From: Octopus sinensis
Taxonomy: Eukaryota
NCBI RefSeq assembly: GCF_006345805.1
Contig: NC_043004.1
Coordinates: 95,170,001-95,234,000, forward strand
DNA length: 64,000 nucleotides
Direction: 5' to 3'
In this document: positions 49,844 to 62,876 of the stretch, piece after piece
Position numbering within the stretch: the first letter of the stretch is position 1
How the letters are laid out: every line of letters starts with the position of its first letter
Translations under genes and position numbers: made by a program
Notes under the pieces: model-generated
Seen by the model: only the letters and a program-made list of their open reading frames with translations
Databases searched by the model: none
Told to the model about the DNA's origin: nothing

Positions 49844-49985
49844 TTACGAGCTTTTTTCAGTCTCTGTGTACCAAATCCGCTCACAAGTCTTTGGTCGGAC
49901 CGAGACTATAGTACAAGACAAGCCACCCAAGGTGCCACGCAGTTGAACTGAACACTGAACCATTTCTTACCACACAGCCACACTT
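49575..49985 (-). mobile_element. Diverged SINE family A
   Basis: Family A motifs with higher divergence. Confidence 0.75.
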
Positions 49986-50279
49986 GCACCCGTGTGTGTG
50001 TTTGTGTGTGTGCAGTGAGACTGTGAGAGCGTGTGTGAGTGTGTGTGCGTGTGTGTGTGTGTGTATGACTAACATTGTCAAGGAACTGGAGGACGGAGTT
50101 TCGGAAGGAATAAATACGTGTCCAATGTGAAAGGTGTCGTTTGTGTGCGTGGGTGTGCAAACACCAAAAGCTTGAGATAGGAGCTCAATCTGGAATAGAA
50201 GTCAGTTTAAGTCAAGATAACCCTGTCGAAATTTTGAAGATAATTATATAAATAGGGACAACAAATTACTGAAGCGTCT

Positions 50280-50411
50280 AGTTAACCTTTATTGCAGTAA
50301 ATAAATGAAATACAATGGTTAAATAGATACAAGTACTATTTTGCGCCCAGTTAACCTTTATTGCAGTAAATGAACGAAATACAACTGTCCTCAAACGAGG
50401 ACAGTGGGTTA
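50280..50411. mobile_element. Possible piggyBac-type right end with palindrome
   Basis: CTGTCCTC-AAAC-GAGGACAG-TGGG-TTAA; ~36-bp internal duplication upstream. Confidence 0.35.
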
Positions 50412-50449
50412 AGAGGCGAATATGAATCATAAGAATGTAAGAGAATATA

Positions 50450-51250
50450 TATTTCTTTACTACTCACAAGGGGCTATACACAGAGAGACAAACAAGGACA
50501 GACAAAGGGATTAAGTCGATTACATCGACCCCAGTGCGTAACTGGTACTTTATTTATGACCCCGAAAGGATGAAAGGCAAAGTCGACCTCGGCGGAATTT
50601 GAACTCAGAACGTAACGGCAGACGAAATACGGCTAAGCATTTCGCCCGGCGTGCTAACGTTTCTGCCAGCTCGCCGCCTTGTTAGAGAATATAATTTGTC
50701 AAAAATTTTCTTTGCGCGAACTGTGTCCCAGGTCACTAAGAAGTTTTACGCTACATCTAGATGAAAGAGAATTATACATTGGAAGAGTGGCAGGAAGCAG
50801 AAAGAAGAGGGCGAAGAGGACAAGAATAACGAGAGAGATAAGGCGGCGAGCTGGCAGACACGTTAGCGCGCCGGGTGAAAAGCTGAGCGGTATTTCGTCT
50901 GTCGTTACGTTCTGAGTTCAAATTCCGTCGAGGTCAACTTTGCCTTGCATCCTTTCTGGGTCGATAAATTAAGTACCAGTTACGCACTGGGGTCGATGTA
51001 ATCGACTTAATTCGTTTGTCTGTCCTTGTTTGTCCCCTCTGTGTTTAGCCCCTTGTGGGTAGTAAAGAAATAGGTATTTCGTCTGTCGTTACGTTCTGAG
51101 TTCAAATTCCGTCGAGGTCAACTTTGCCTTTCATCCTTCTGGGTCGATAAATAAAGTACCAGTTACGCACTGGGGTCGATGTAATCGACTTAATCCGTTT
51201 GTTTGTCCTTGTTTGTCCCCTCTGTGTGTAACCCCCTGTGGGCAGTAAAG
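50450..51250. mobile_element. SINE family B: one minus copy (50450-50680) and a plus-strand dimer (50840-51250)
   Basis: Family B consensus; junction AAAGAAATAGGTATTTCGTCTG at ~51063. Confidence 0.9.
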
Positions 51251-51644
51251 AAAGAAAGAATAACGAGAGAGGAGAGAGAGAAAGGAAAGAGAGAGGAGAG
51301 AGAGAGAAGGATGAGGAAAAACTAGCGAGTGAGGGAAGTGTGAGAGTTAGTGGGGAGCTCAAGGAATCGGCGTATGTGGGTTTCTGTGTGTAGTTGAATA
51401 TGCCAGTTTTTCATTTGTGTGGAGGTTAAAAAAATATCTATTGCTCATCATGGAATTTATATAATTCCCTTTACATTACAGTTGGTAAGTTATACTTTAC
51501 AGTACTTCCTACAAGATAGAGAGAACTCAATACGGGATAATTTAGAGTTAGAATTTACTGTGAGACTAGAAAGATTCAATGCCTCATAGAAACCAGTGAC
51601 TTCATCCCGGGTAGCAATTTTTGGACTACGTATATATTACATAG

Positions 51645-52030
51645 TGGAGGCGCAATGGCCCAGTGGTTAGCGCAGCGGACTCGCGGTCATAGGATCGCGG
51701 TTTCGATTCCCAGACCGGGTGTTGTGAGTGTTTATTGAGCGAAAACACCTAAAGCTCCACGAGGCTCCAGCAGGGGATGGTGGTAATCCCTGCTGTACTC
51801 TTTCACCACAACTTTCTCTCACTCTTACTACCTGTTTCTGTTGTACCTGTATTTCAAAGGGCCGGCCTTGTCACTCTCTTTGTCACGCTGAACATCCCCG
51901 AGAACTACGTTAAGGGTACACGTGTCTGTGGAGTGCTCAGTCACTTACACGTTAATTTCACGAGCAGGCTGTTCCCTTGATTCGGATCAACCGGAACCCT
52001 CGTCGTCGTAACCGACGGAGTGCTTCCATC
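51645..52030 (+). mobile_element. SINE family C, full length
   Basis: A/B boxes; ~12-bp duplication ATATATTACATA at 51632-51643 and 52032-52043. Confidence 0.92.
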
Positions 52031-52461
52031 CATATATTACATAAGTGCATAAATATTTGAGCGATCAACACACACTGATATATTACATCTGTAATTTGGT
52101 TTCACAGTATCCTGACAGGCGCTAACTCGCATTCACGTCACTTCCAATCCATTCTTAACTTCTCCTTCTCCCCATTTCCTCAACATTTCTACATTCACTG
52201 ATTGCAATCTCACAAACATTTTCACAATCTTTAAATTCATACTACATATTTCCTTAAACTACGTTACCAATCTCAGTAAAACTTATTTTCTCTCCTATAT
52301 TATGTAACCTTGTCTACTCTATAGAGCTATCTATGTTCCCTTTTCCTTATCTTTTATATATCTTTCTAGCTCAACCACACTAACAATTTATCCCTTCTCT
52401 ACCGAATATTATTCCCCAATTTTACGTTCTTCATAAAATTGAATTTCTCCATACAACAATA

Positions 52462-52857
52462 TGGATATGGGATGGAAGCACTCCGTCAGTTACGACGACG
52501 AGGGTTCCGGTTGATCCGAATCAACGGAACAGCCTGCTCGTGAAATTAACGTGTAAGTGGCTGAGCACTCCACAGACACGTGTACCCTTAACGTAGTTCT
52601 CGGGGATATTCAGCGTGACACAGAGAGTGACAAGGCCGGCCCTTTGAAATACAGGTACAACAGAAACAGGAAGTAACAGTGAGAGAAAGCTGTGGTGAAA
52701 GAGGACAGCAGGGTTCACCACCATCCCCTGCCGGAGCCTCGTGGAGCTTTAGGTGTTTTCGCTCAATAAACACTCACAACGCCCGGTCTGGGAATCGAAA
52801 CCGCGATCCTATGACCGTTAGTCCGCAGCCCTAACCATTGGGCCATTGCGCCTCCAC
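52462..52857 (-). mobile_element. SINE family C, full length
   Basis: Reverse-complement match to 51645-52030; lies between long direct repeats. Confidence 0.92.
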
Positions 52858-53280
52858 CCTATATTATGTAACCTTGTCTACTCTATAGTGCTATCTATGT
52901 TCTCTTTCCCTTATCTTTTATATATCTTTCTAGCTCAACCACAATAACAATTTATCCCTTCTCTATCGAATCGGTGCTATGCGCTATACTATTTCCATTT
53001 GTATATTCCTACTTTATGCGTTCACAAACCAACTTCATCTAATCTAATCTTCTGTATTATTCCCCAATTTTACGTTCTTCATAAAATTGAATTTCTCCAT
53101 ACAATAAACTACTATATCGATATAAATTTGCCCAACCTCAATTCTTGCTTACTATTTGCCCGAAGAGGAATATGCATACGAGTTTTGCATACCTCCATCC
53201 AACTATACATATGCGTGTATGCATATGTGTGTATATGTATGTAGTATGTATGTATGTATGTATGTATGTATGTATGTATA

Positions 53281-53484
53281 GCTTGATTCGCTAGCCTCTG
53301 CACGCATTTTTTTTCTCTCCTTGTTTCTCTCCGTGTTTCTTTTCTGTGTATCTTACTGTTGAAGAGCGTAGGCTCGAAACATAAAAGACTTGTTTTATTT
53401 ATATTCCTGAGCGCCATACGAATACAATTGTTTGTTTGTATTCCACCTGCCTTCGTCTTTTGTTTATTTTCATAAAGCTTCCCG

Positions 53485-53526
<42 letters not shown>

Positions 53527-53730
53527 CGGGAAGCTTTATGAAAATAAACAATTGTATTAGTATGGCGCTCAATTAGTATGGCGCTCAAAAACGAACAATT
53601 GTATTAGTATGGCGCTCAGGAAATATAAATAAAACAAGTCTTTAACGTTTCGAGCCTACGCTCTTCAACAGAAAGATACACAGAGAGAGAAAAACACAGA
53701 AAGAAGGAGAGAAAAAAAATGCGTGCAGTA
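53281..53730. mobile_element. Tail-to-tail inverted pair of the hammerhead-like repeat around (TA)n
   Basis: 53281-53487 (+) and 53524-53730 (-), both matching 9988-10200. Confidence 0.8.
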
Positions 53731-53742
53731 GCTATATATATA

Positions 53743-54040
53743 TGGAGGCGCAATGGCCCAGTGGTTAGGGCAGCAGACTCGCGGTCGTAGGATCGCGGTT
53801 TCGATTTCCAGTCCAGGCGTTGTGAGTGTTTATTGAGCGAAAAACACCTAAAAGCTCCACGAGGCTCCGATATGGGGGTGTGGCGATCCCTGCTGTACTC
53901 TTTCGCCACAACTTTCTCTCACTCTTTCTTCTGTTGACCTGCTCGCTTAGCCAGTGGGGTGGCGTCATTTGAAGGCTAAACAATGCGAAGCGCATTGTGA
54001 CCAGCGATGTGTAGCAACATCTGATAGCCTGGTCGGTGAT
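53743..54040 (+). mobile_element. SINE family C variant with a different 3' module
   Basis: Family C head and body to TTTCTCTCACTCTT, then an unrelated tail shared with 27375-27490. Confidence 0.85.
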
Positions 54041-54062
54041 ATATATAATATATATATATAAT

Positions 54063-54108
<46 letters not shown>

Positions 54109-54234
54109 CAAATATTCTATAATTATATACATAATTATAATCAGGGATCAGCTAATTGCTTCGCTACGCACTGAATTAGAAATAGACTCTAAATGCCTTT
54201 TCTACTAGCATAAAGATCTTTTTTTATCGTTTAT

Positions 54235-55145
54235 CTTTTATATTTTACTGGTTTCAGCTCAGGACTGAGTTCATGCTGGTGCACCACCAGTAGTTTCTCG
54301 ATGTAGTTTACGGTGTTGTTTTTTGGTGAAGTAGCGAGTTCGACGGAGCTGCTCTTCCTTGTGTCTCCTGCCGCGATGTGGGTTCATCTGGTATCTCAGA
54401 TAGAAAGATGTCCAGACGTTCCTTCAAAACTTCCACATCAACACCATGTAGATCTCTGAGGTTGCCTGGCAGGACGTTGAACAATTGCAGACCATTCAAG
54501 CCCAGACTGTTGCAATACTGTGTCCTTATTTTAGATGGTGGAGATAGGATCTTTGGTATGATGCAGTGCCGCCCAGTCGAGGATTGATATAGCTGTCTAT
54601 TCCCAAACTGGGAGCTAAGCCCACCAAGATCTTCCAAATATATATCACTGCATATTGCTCTCGTCTTCTTTCGTGGGAATAGACACTCAGCTCCTTTATG
54701 CTCTTCCAGTAACCCATCTTTTACATCGAGTCAATCTCCTTTGTGTAGTGGTGCCCGAATGCTTCGAATTCCACAGTTTGTTTCACACTGTCTGGGGACC
54801 ATAGTTGGGAGCAGTAATCCAAGCAGCTGAGAAAGAAAGTCCTTCATAGGAGCGGCAGGGCCTCCCTTTTCCTGGTTTTGAATCTCCTCAGAATCCAGCC
54901 AGCCAGTCGCGTGCACAGTGTTGCCATCTTGGTAAAAGGTACATAGAATGTTGCATTATTGCTCATGTGAACTCCCAGGTCACGCGCCGACTCTGACTGT
55001 GGGATCGTATTATCTGCTGGTCCAATGTATTCCGATTTTAGCCTGGTGTTGGGCCGATAGGGGAGTGCTTCATATTTCACAGCATTGAACTGCTCGCTAT
55101 ATTTGTTAGCGCATTTCTATATTTCATTCGGGACTTCCTGCAGTT
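54235..55145 (-). mobile_element. Degenerate CR1 family 2 relative, 3' fragment
   Basis: ORFs 54844-55080, 54526-54717, 54308-54637 parallel 37459-38487 (ARDLGVHMS, HERRREQY, QLFNVLP..LRDL..VD, IPDEPTSRQE). Confidence 0.88.
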
Positions 55146-55159
55146 ATATATATATATAT

Positions 55160-55598
55160 ATATATTCTTTTATTCTTTTACTTGTTTCAGTCAGTTGACT
55201 GCGGCCATGCTGGAGCACCGCCTTTAGTCGAACAAATCGACCCCAGAACTTATTCTTTGCAAGCCTAGTACTTATTCCATCGGACTCTTTTGCCGAACCA
55301 TTAAGTTACGGGGACGTAAACACACCAACATCGCTTGTCAAGTAGGGTGACAAACACACACACACACACACACACATATATACATATATTGTTTTACTAG
55401 TTTCAGCTCAAAGCTGCAACCATACTGATGTACAACGATGGGCTTCTTTCAGTTTCCGTCTATCAAATCCAGTCACGAGGCTTTGGTCGGCCTGAAGCTA
55501 TAGTAGAAGACACTTTCCCAAGGGGCCACGCAGTGGGACTGAATCCAGAACCATGTGGTTGGGAAGAAAGCTTCTTACCACACAACGACTCCTGCGCC

Positions 55599-55600
<2 letters not shown>
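55160..55600 (-). mobile_element. SINE family A (two abutting halves)
   Basis: Family A tail at 55160-55345 and head half at 55430-55600. Confidence 0.8.
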
Positions 55601-55686
<86 letters not shown>

Positions 55687-56379
55687 TGTTATATAAGTTT
55701 ATTGTTATCCCAAGTTGACCTGGCGACTACTAACTACCGCAGCTATCGTATCTCCATACAATTATGCATTTATACCACCTTCACTAAAATCAGCAATGTC
55801 GATCACAAACGACTGCTGCCATCATTTCGTCATATAGATTTTGACATCCATTGCCAGCATATGTCATTCATAACCCTTAACGATTCCAATTCTTAATCAC
55901 ATCAATTAAAAGCACTCAATTATTAAACTTTCAATTAACACAAAACTAATTCCATACTTTCTAACAACCAGCAGCGGGCAGATATTTGCAGCTGCCCGTT
56001 ATCATACATAAACGCTAATTAAACTGGGATATTACTTTCACTGATTTCAATATCTATGTATTCGAATTACAATTCAGCTACATATGAATCAAAGCAAACA
56101 TTGAAATTGATAATGGTTCATATAATGTCTCATTTATGTCTTCTCTACTTCAGATTATGAATATCTGCTTTTATTCCATTTTAATTCAATTTATCACTGC
56201 ACTCAGTTTGACTCATTGAGCCAGAACTTATCGCATTATTCATATCCGTATTATTAAGGAGATGTGAGACACAACTGCTTTTGGATGGTATGTTAGTCTA
56301 TAGCAGAGCTGTTATCCTCATGTTAACGTTGTACCAAGAGTTCTAGCATTTATAGGGTAAGTAAAATAACCATAATTAC

Positions 56380-56472
56380 ATAACAGCAACAACAACAGCA
56401 GCAGCAGCAACAACAACAACCACAACAACAATAATAATAATAATAATAATAATAGTAATAATAATAATAATG

Positions 56473-56520
<48 letters not shown>

Positions 56521-56558
56521 GTAATAATAATAATAATAATAATATAATAATAATAATA

Positions 56559-56636
<78 letters not shown>

Positions 56637-56645
56637 GTAATAATG

Positions 56646-56691
<46 letters not shown>

Positions 56692-56705
56692 TAATAATAA
56701 TAACT
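56380..56705. repeat. (CAA/CAG)n-(AAT)n microsatellite
   Basis: Direct reading. Confidence 0.95.
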
Positions 56706-56784
56706 AGCTGGACCCATGAAAAGTTCACGGAAAATATAAGCATTTGTAAATTGTGTGCTGGTGCCTTGAGAAATGTTCCTATAT

Positions 56785-57510
56785 TCTTGTTTTACTCTAG
56801 GCACAAAGCCTGAAGCTTTTGGGGAGGGGACCAATCAATTAGATCGATTTCAGTATGCAACTGGTACTTAAATTTGCGACCCCGAAAGGATGAAATGGAA
56901 AGTCGACCATGGCGGAATTTGAACTCAGAACTTAAAGACAGACGGAATACTGCAAAGCATTTCGCACGGCATGCTAACATTTCTGCCAACTCGCCGCCTT
57001 AAAGGAATGTTTCTATATTGTGACAGTAAAACGCAATGAGCTGGCAGAATCGTTAGCACGCCGGGCGAAATGCTAAGCGGTATTTCGTCTATCGCAACGT
57101 TGTGAGTTCAAATTCCGCCAAGGTCGACTTTGCCTTTCATCCTTAAATAAGTACCAGTTATTTACCAGTACGATTAAATAAGTACCAGTTACGCACTGGG
57201 GTCGAAATAATCGACTTAATCCGTTTGTCTATCCTTGTTTGTCCCCTCTCTGTTTAGCCCCTTGTGGGTAGTAAAGAAATAGGTATTTCGTCTACCTCTA
57301 CGTTCGGAGTTCAAATTCCGCCGAGGTCAACTTTGATTTTCATCCTTTCGGGGTCGATTAAATAAGTACCAATAACGCACTGGGATCGATATAATCGACT
57401 TAATCACTTAGTCTGTCCTTGTTTGTCCTCTTTGTGTTTAGCCTCTTGTGGGTAGTAAAGAAATAGGTATTTCGTCTGTCTTTACTTTGTGAGTTAAAAT
57501 TCTGCTGAGG
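56785..57510. mobile_element. SINE family B cluster: minus copy (56785-57000) and plus-strand multimer (57035-57510)
   Basis: Family B consensus with two tail-to-body junctions (~57272, ~57457). Confidence 0.88.
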
Positions 57511-57559
57511 CCGGTCACATCACCAGTAAAGAAAGCGCCCTCTCTCTCTATCTTGCCCC

Positions 57560-59700
57560 TTAATATATTAATACATACGTTCGACTAAAACCTTCACTCG
57601 CACCATACTTGACACTTCTATCAGCCTTTCAAAGAATTTGCAGAAACAGTACTTCCATCTCCATCCTCACGTCCCTTTTCAAGTGACACTTGAAGAAGCT
57701 GATTAGGACTTGGCCAAATAAGCTGGTATCTATATTCAGTTCATTCGGCTTGTTCACCACACATCCTTTTTTCTCATGGCCACCAGACATAAAAACTGCT
57801 TCTCCTTCTCTGAAAAAGGAAGATGGTGGCAAGATCTTCACATTGGACTCAGTTTATAGTCAGACCCATCCCACATATAATGACAGGTATTTGACAAGTC
57901 ACCAACGCTTTTCAGGGATTGATCTGTTGTTGGCACATTTGTTGTTGTTTGGGCGTTTTCTCTTGCAGTTGTTGCTGTTGATGCTGTTTCAATTTTGTAG
58001 CTGGAGCAAATACCATGATTGCTAAAGTTGTTTGTATTTTGGTTTCAGCTGTTGTTGGTTGTGATAATGTTATGCTCTTAGCAGTAGTAGAAGCTTTTTT
58101 CAGCTACCAAATTCTTTTATTGTTGGGGGGGGGGGGGGGGCAGAATATCCTTGAGCTGATTAGTGTTTCCACAGCTGTAGCATCTTAGCCTTCCGTTCAC
58201 CACTCCCACCTGAACTGCTGCCTTCTTGGGTTCTCAATTAGGTTGAAATTTTGTCCAGTGTCTCAAGTTCACCTGAATTAGAATTTACAAGCATATATAC
58301 CAACCCAATTTACCTCCCGGTATCTTTTTAACCTCTAGCAGCGTGCTGGGGTTTTCCAAAAGCCACCCATGTAACCAACTACCAGGAGTTTGGTTCTTGT
58401 AGTATATTTTGTAAATCAGTATCAGTAAAAAAAAATCTTCAGTTTTGCATGGAACAGTGGAGTGCTTCTGGTTTAGGATTTCCGATAGAAAGATAATTCC
58501 GTTATATCCGAATTTATGGGTATGTCACACAAAATGTCAAATGCCAAGCCGAATGTTTCTTAACAGAGTTCAGCTTGTTTTGAATTTAGACGCTCTAATT
58601 TGTGTTTTTTAATCGATAAGCATTTATACTGAACTGGTTTCCTTTCTGTTTAGATTATAAAGTTTATAATAAAGATTATAAAGTATATTCTTGTGCTTCT
58701 CCGGCTCTTCTAAATATTCATACATTCTATCAAGAGGGATAAAGTCGGAGGCGTTGGTTATTTTGGAAAAATAAATATTTTTGCGATGCTACTGCTGCTG
58801 TTGTTTGTAAAAGGGTAAAGACCCCCTTCGGTCATGAATGACCATGTGTTTGCACCTAGAAAGTTACCCTCCTAGACACAAGTCCGGGCAAGGTTGTTTA
58901 TGGAAGACCAGCAGTCGCCCATGCATACCAGCCTCCCCTCTCCACGCCACCAGTGTTATCCAAGGGAAAGACAAAGGTCGATACAGCTTGGCACCAGTGA
59001 CGTCGCAACTCATTTCTACAGCTGAGTGAACTGGAGCAACGTGAAATAAAGTGCCTTGCTCAAGAACACAACACGCAGCCCGGTCCGGGATTCGAGCTCA
59101 CAACCTCACGATCGTGAGCTCGACGCTCTAACCACTGAGCCATGCGCCTTCGCTGTTGTTGGTATCATCATTGTTGCTGTCGTTATTGTTTGTGATTAGT
59201 GAGGGAAGTGCTGATGGTTTTGTTTGTACTGCTTCAGTTTGCTGCGACAGTGGATGCGTCAGTGGCAATGAATGAGATTTTCTACTACTGCTGCTGATTC
59301 TAAAGGCTTTTTTTGCTTGACATGTCTTTGTTCACGTTGTTGCCTCTATTGTTGTTGCTACTGCTGTTGCTATATCCTCACTGTTGTTATTGTTACTGAT
59401 ATTGTAGCAACTGTTTTTAATTACTATTACGTATGTAGTGCTGTGTGGTAAGAGATGATTGCGAGAAAGACTTTCACTTTCATAATCTCCTCCCATCTTC
59501 CTCTTTAGCAGGCTACTCTTCAAAGATGGAGGTACCTTCAAAATTTTTACTAGGGTTCGAAACTTTTCTTTCAGAATTTTGCCCTGTAAGAAAAGTAACA
59601 AAAACGATTGATTTGCCCTTTATGATCCTGGTCAACTATGTACCACAAGGTAAAAAAAATAACATCAACAAAAAGAAAAGATAAGGCACAACCTCTCAAA
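57560..59700 (-). pseudogene. Decayed gag-like ORF1 of a LINE (zinc-knuckle remnant), split by a SINE
   Basis: Minus strand VGVVNGRLRCYSCGNTNQLK (C-x2-C-x4-H-like) near 58150-58210, flanked by T/Q/A/N-rich broken frames. The family assignment is inference. Confidence 0.35.
58806..59151 (-). mobile_element. SINE family D, full length
   Basis: Head GAAGGCGCATGGCTCAGTGGTTAG, B box GCTCGAATCCC; 9-bp TSD GCTGTTGTT at 58797-58805 and 59152-59160. Confidence 0.9.
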
Positions 59701-59752
59701 GGTACAAAACTCATTCACATTTGGCGATAAACAACAAAAGAGTATTATTATT

Positions 59753-60300
59753 GAGTGAGAGAGCAATGCATGACATCAAAATGACACTGTGGTAAAATAT
59801 ACGAAGCCTAGTGTACCCATCATGACTACCCGTCTGATAAGGGTACACCAGGCACATGCATCACAAACATATGTGCACGACATGGTGATCGCATATCAAG
59901 TTGAACAGCGTATGAACTTGCAGGTGGGGCCCAGTTAGAATTTTGTTCAAGTCGAGTAGTCCATCCCGCTCAAAAGATCCCTGAAGAAGGGTTGTTTAAG
60001 GATGGTGAACGAAACACCCATGTTTCCATTATTCAAAATCCAAAGAAATTCCTTTCAACACATGGCTATGATGCCCCCCTCACTACTTCTGCTGGTGATC
60101 AGTGATGCACATATCGTCAGCCACTAAGGGATATGCTCAACTGTTTAAGGTCAAACAACTGACAAACAAATCTATGGTTGTGAGCAGAATATTTGTTGTA
60201 ACCCATCTTTTATAACAAAGCAAAACATGTACATGATAACATTTCTAACCAGTTTAGATCAGAATCTATGAGAGCCACTGTCTGATACTGCATCATTGTT

Positions 60301-60349
<49 letters not shown>

Positions 60350-60400
60350 TGATGATGATGATGATGATAATAATAATAATTAGGTACTGCATCAGGGCAT
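59753..60400 (-). mobile_element. ORF-less (AAT)n-embedded element, near full length (~545 bp) plus a detached 5' stub
   Basis: 59753-60295 matches and extends 29980-30372; stub ATGCCCTGATGCAGTACC at 60383-60400 repeats its 5' start across an (AAT)n tract. Confidence 0.8.
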
Positions 60401-60409
60401 TTATTATTA

Positions 60410-60478
60410 CTATTATTGTTGTTGTTGTTATTATTATTATTATTATTATTTGTTATTATTATTATTATTATTATTAAT

Positions 60479-60509
<31 letters not shown>

Positions 60510-60599
60510 TTATTATTATCATATTATTATTATTATTATTTTATTATTATTATTATTATATTATTATTATTATTATTATCATCATCATCATTATTATTA

Positions 60600-60630
<31 letters not shown>

Positions 60631-60656
60631 CATCATCATCATTATTATTATCATTA

Positions 60657-60692
<36 letters not shown>

Positions 60693-60740
60693 CATTATTA
60701 TTATTATTATAATTATCATTATTATTATTATTATTTCTAT
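60410..60740. repeat. (TAT)n/(CAT)n microsatellite
   Basis: Direct reading. Confidence 0.95.
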
Positions 60741-61842
60741 TAAACCACAAAAAAGAAGAAAACATGGAGTTATACAGAATGCCCTGCTAAATTGATGGTA
60801 TTAAATCCCTATTCAAGGTTAACAGTCAATATATGAACAAATTTAATAGGTTGTAAATAAGTAGGATAATTGCAACGCTTGATGAGATGCACGTGACACA
60901 AAGCCGAAAGCGAAGAATTATCGTCTGCGACATAGAATCAAAGCCGTCTGACCAGAAACTACCAAAAGCTTGTAATGAATCAGAAAATAGCTTTCCAACA
61001 CACCTGGTCCAACACACCTGGTCACGCCATTAACCACCTCACGGAGGAGCATCACATATCAGGAAACACAAAGAATAACACATCTTATTCACCTTCGGAA
61101 CGTTGCTTACAAATGTTTCTCGATATTCTCTTCTTAAACTTATCCTGTCACATCTCTGTCTTTTTATGTGCTTTTCGCTGAATGCTTCCAGAGAATGCTT
61201 TTATTTTAATTTATATTTAATATAATTATAATATATGGAGAATTATAATTGTATAAGCAATAATAAATAAGGGTGACCTCCCTTTGCAAATACCACAGAA
61301 AGTGTGCCTAAAGCCAGCTGGAGACGATGTTCTCCTGAGGCTACAAGCTACAGTAACACCCACCCTTAGTGGTTAGCCATATTGAGATGGCAAGTATACC
61401 TCACATATAATTTTATATTTTATATTTTAATTTTTCATGCAGATAAATCGACAAACATGTATATTTTAGTGTGTGTTTATGTATGCTCCTGTGATTATGT
61501 ATTTATACATACATTCTCGAGCAACTGTATACGTGAGGTGGTGGCATGCATGCCTATAATTTCACACAGCTAAATTTTGTATCTTTGTGTATGTGTTTGT
61601 ATGCATGTGAGAATATGCGATTTAGTGTGACACCTTAATCTATTCGTAAATAGGTGTAACTCTGTGTGTATGTGTGTGTATGTGCCTGTGTGTATTTGTA
61701 TTTCAGTATTTACAATTTCCTCTGGCTTCTGTTTTATGCATGCCAAACAGCTAATTCTCTGTTATTCCTTGTCTTTCTCCACTGCATCTAATCTCTCGTA
61801 GATTATGTATGAAACGAAAATATATACATATTTATATATATA

Positions 61843-62082
61843 TTCAGCATGACACAGAATATGACGAGGCTGGCTCCTTCAAATACAGGGGCTACTTATT
61901 TTAGCCAGCTGAGTGAACTGGAGCCACGTGAAACACAGTCTTGTTCATGGACACAACGCGCAACCGGGAATCGAACTCATGACCTTACGATCGTGGTCCG
62001 AATGCCCTAACCACTAACCCACGCTCCTTCAATTACGTAATACATATAATATGTGAGATGGATAGACCGCTCCAATTTGGAG

Positions 62083-62088
<6 letters not shown>
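61843..62088 (-). repeat. Inverted duplicate of 62818-63064 (SINE head plus unique flank)
   Basis: About 245 bp; I found one mismatch (TATTACGTAATT vs TATTATGTAATT). Confidence 0.9.
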
Positions 62089-62149
<61 letters not shown>

Positions 62150-62876
62150 CCCTTATGGTATTTATGGTATTAGCAGAACTTCATCTAAAAACAATTGATA
62201 CTCTACTCTAGGAGGCGTACAAACTTTAAAACAAACTATACATTTCACCAGTGTTTGGGAATGAGTAAACATTTTAAGTGTTTTAATAACTACCTCCAAG
62301 TTCTTGATTATTTAAAAAATTAAATGAGAAACGTTAGATTTTATTTCATTAGAAATAAGCTCATTAAAGGTTTAACCAGACTATACTCTTTTTATATCAT
62401 CAGCAGATTAAAGCCTTTAACTGATTAGATTGGAAGAGCCATAGATGGCTAAACACTAATTTAGATTTCAGGAAAACTGATCGTAATTAACTCGTGGTAG
62501 AAGGCTAGAAGAAATTAAGCGGTATTGAAATGATATCAGTTCTGTACGGTTGTTCTAGTATTAAAAATAAAATTCATCTTCTGTAAACTATTTGCTGAGA
62601 GATTATTATGTTGCTTGGAAAAATAAAAAGATTAGAAAAATCCATCTGTTTCAACGTCGTCATCATTTTACATCTGTTTTTCATGCTTGTGTAAGTTGGA
62701 TGGATCTTCACTATGAAAGAATCTTGCCATTTTTTGCGTTCCCTTATCATCTGCTGTGTGAGATCATCCTTCCTGTGTTCTTCTCATTTTTTCCATGTTG
62801 CCCTAGGTTTTTTCAACATATTCCTCCAAATTGGAGCGGTCTATCCATCTCACATATTATATGTATTATGTAATTG

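Noticed and set aside
50840-51250. Regularly spaced repeats as a CRISPR-like array (also the Dong/TAA stacks)
   Set aside because: Units are SINE or LINE sequence, there are no unique spacers between identical short repeats, and there are no cas genes; the context is eukaryotic.
60857-61032. Short open frame containing RKRR and two cysteines
   Set aside because: No credible acceptor, signal exon or good start, and it contains a local 14-bp tandem duplication; it cannot be distinguished from chance.
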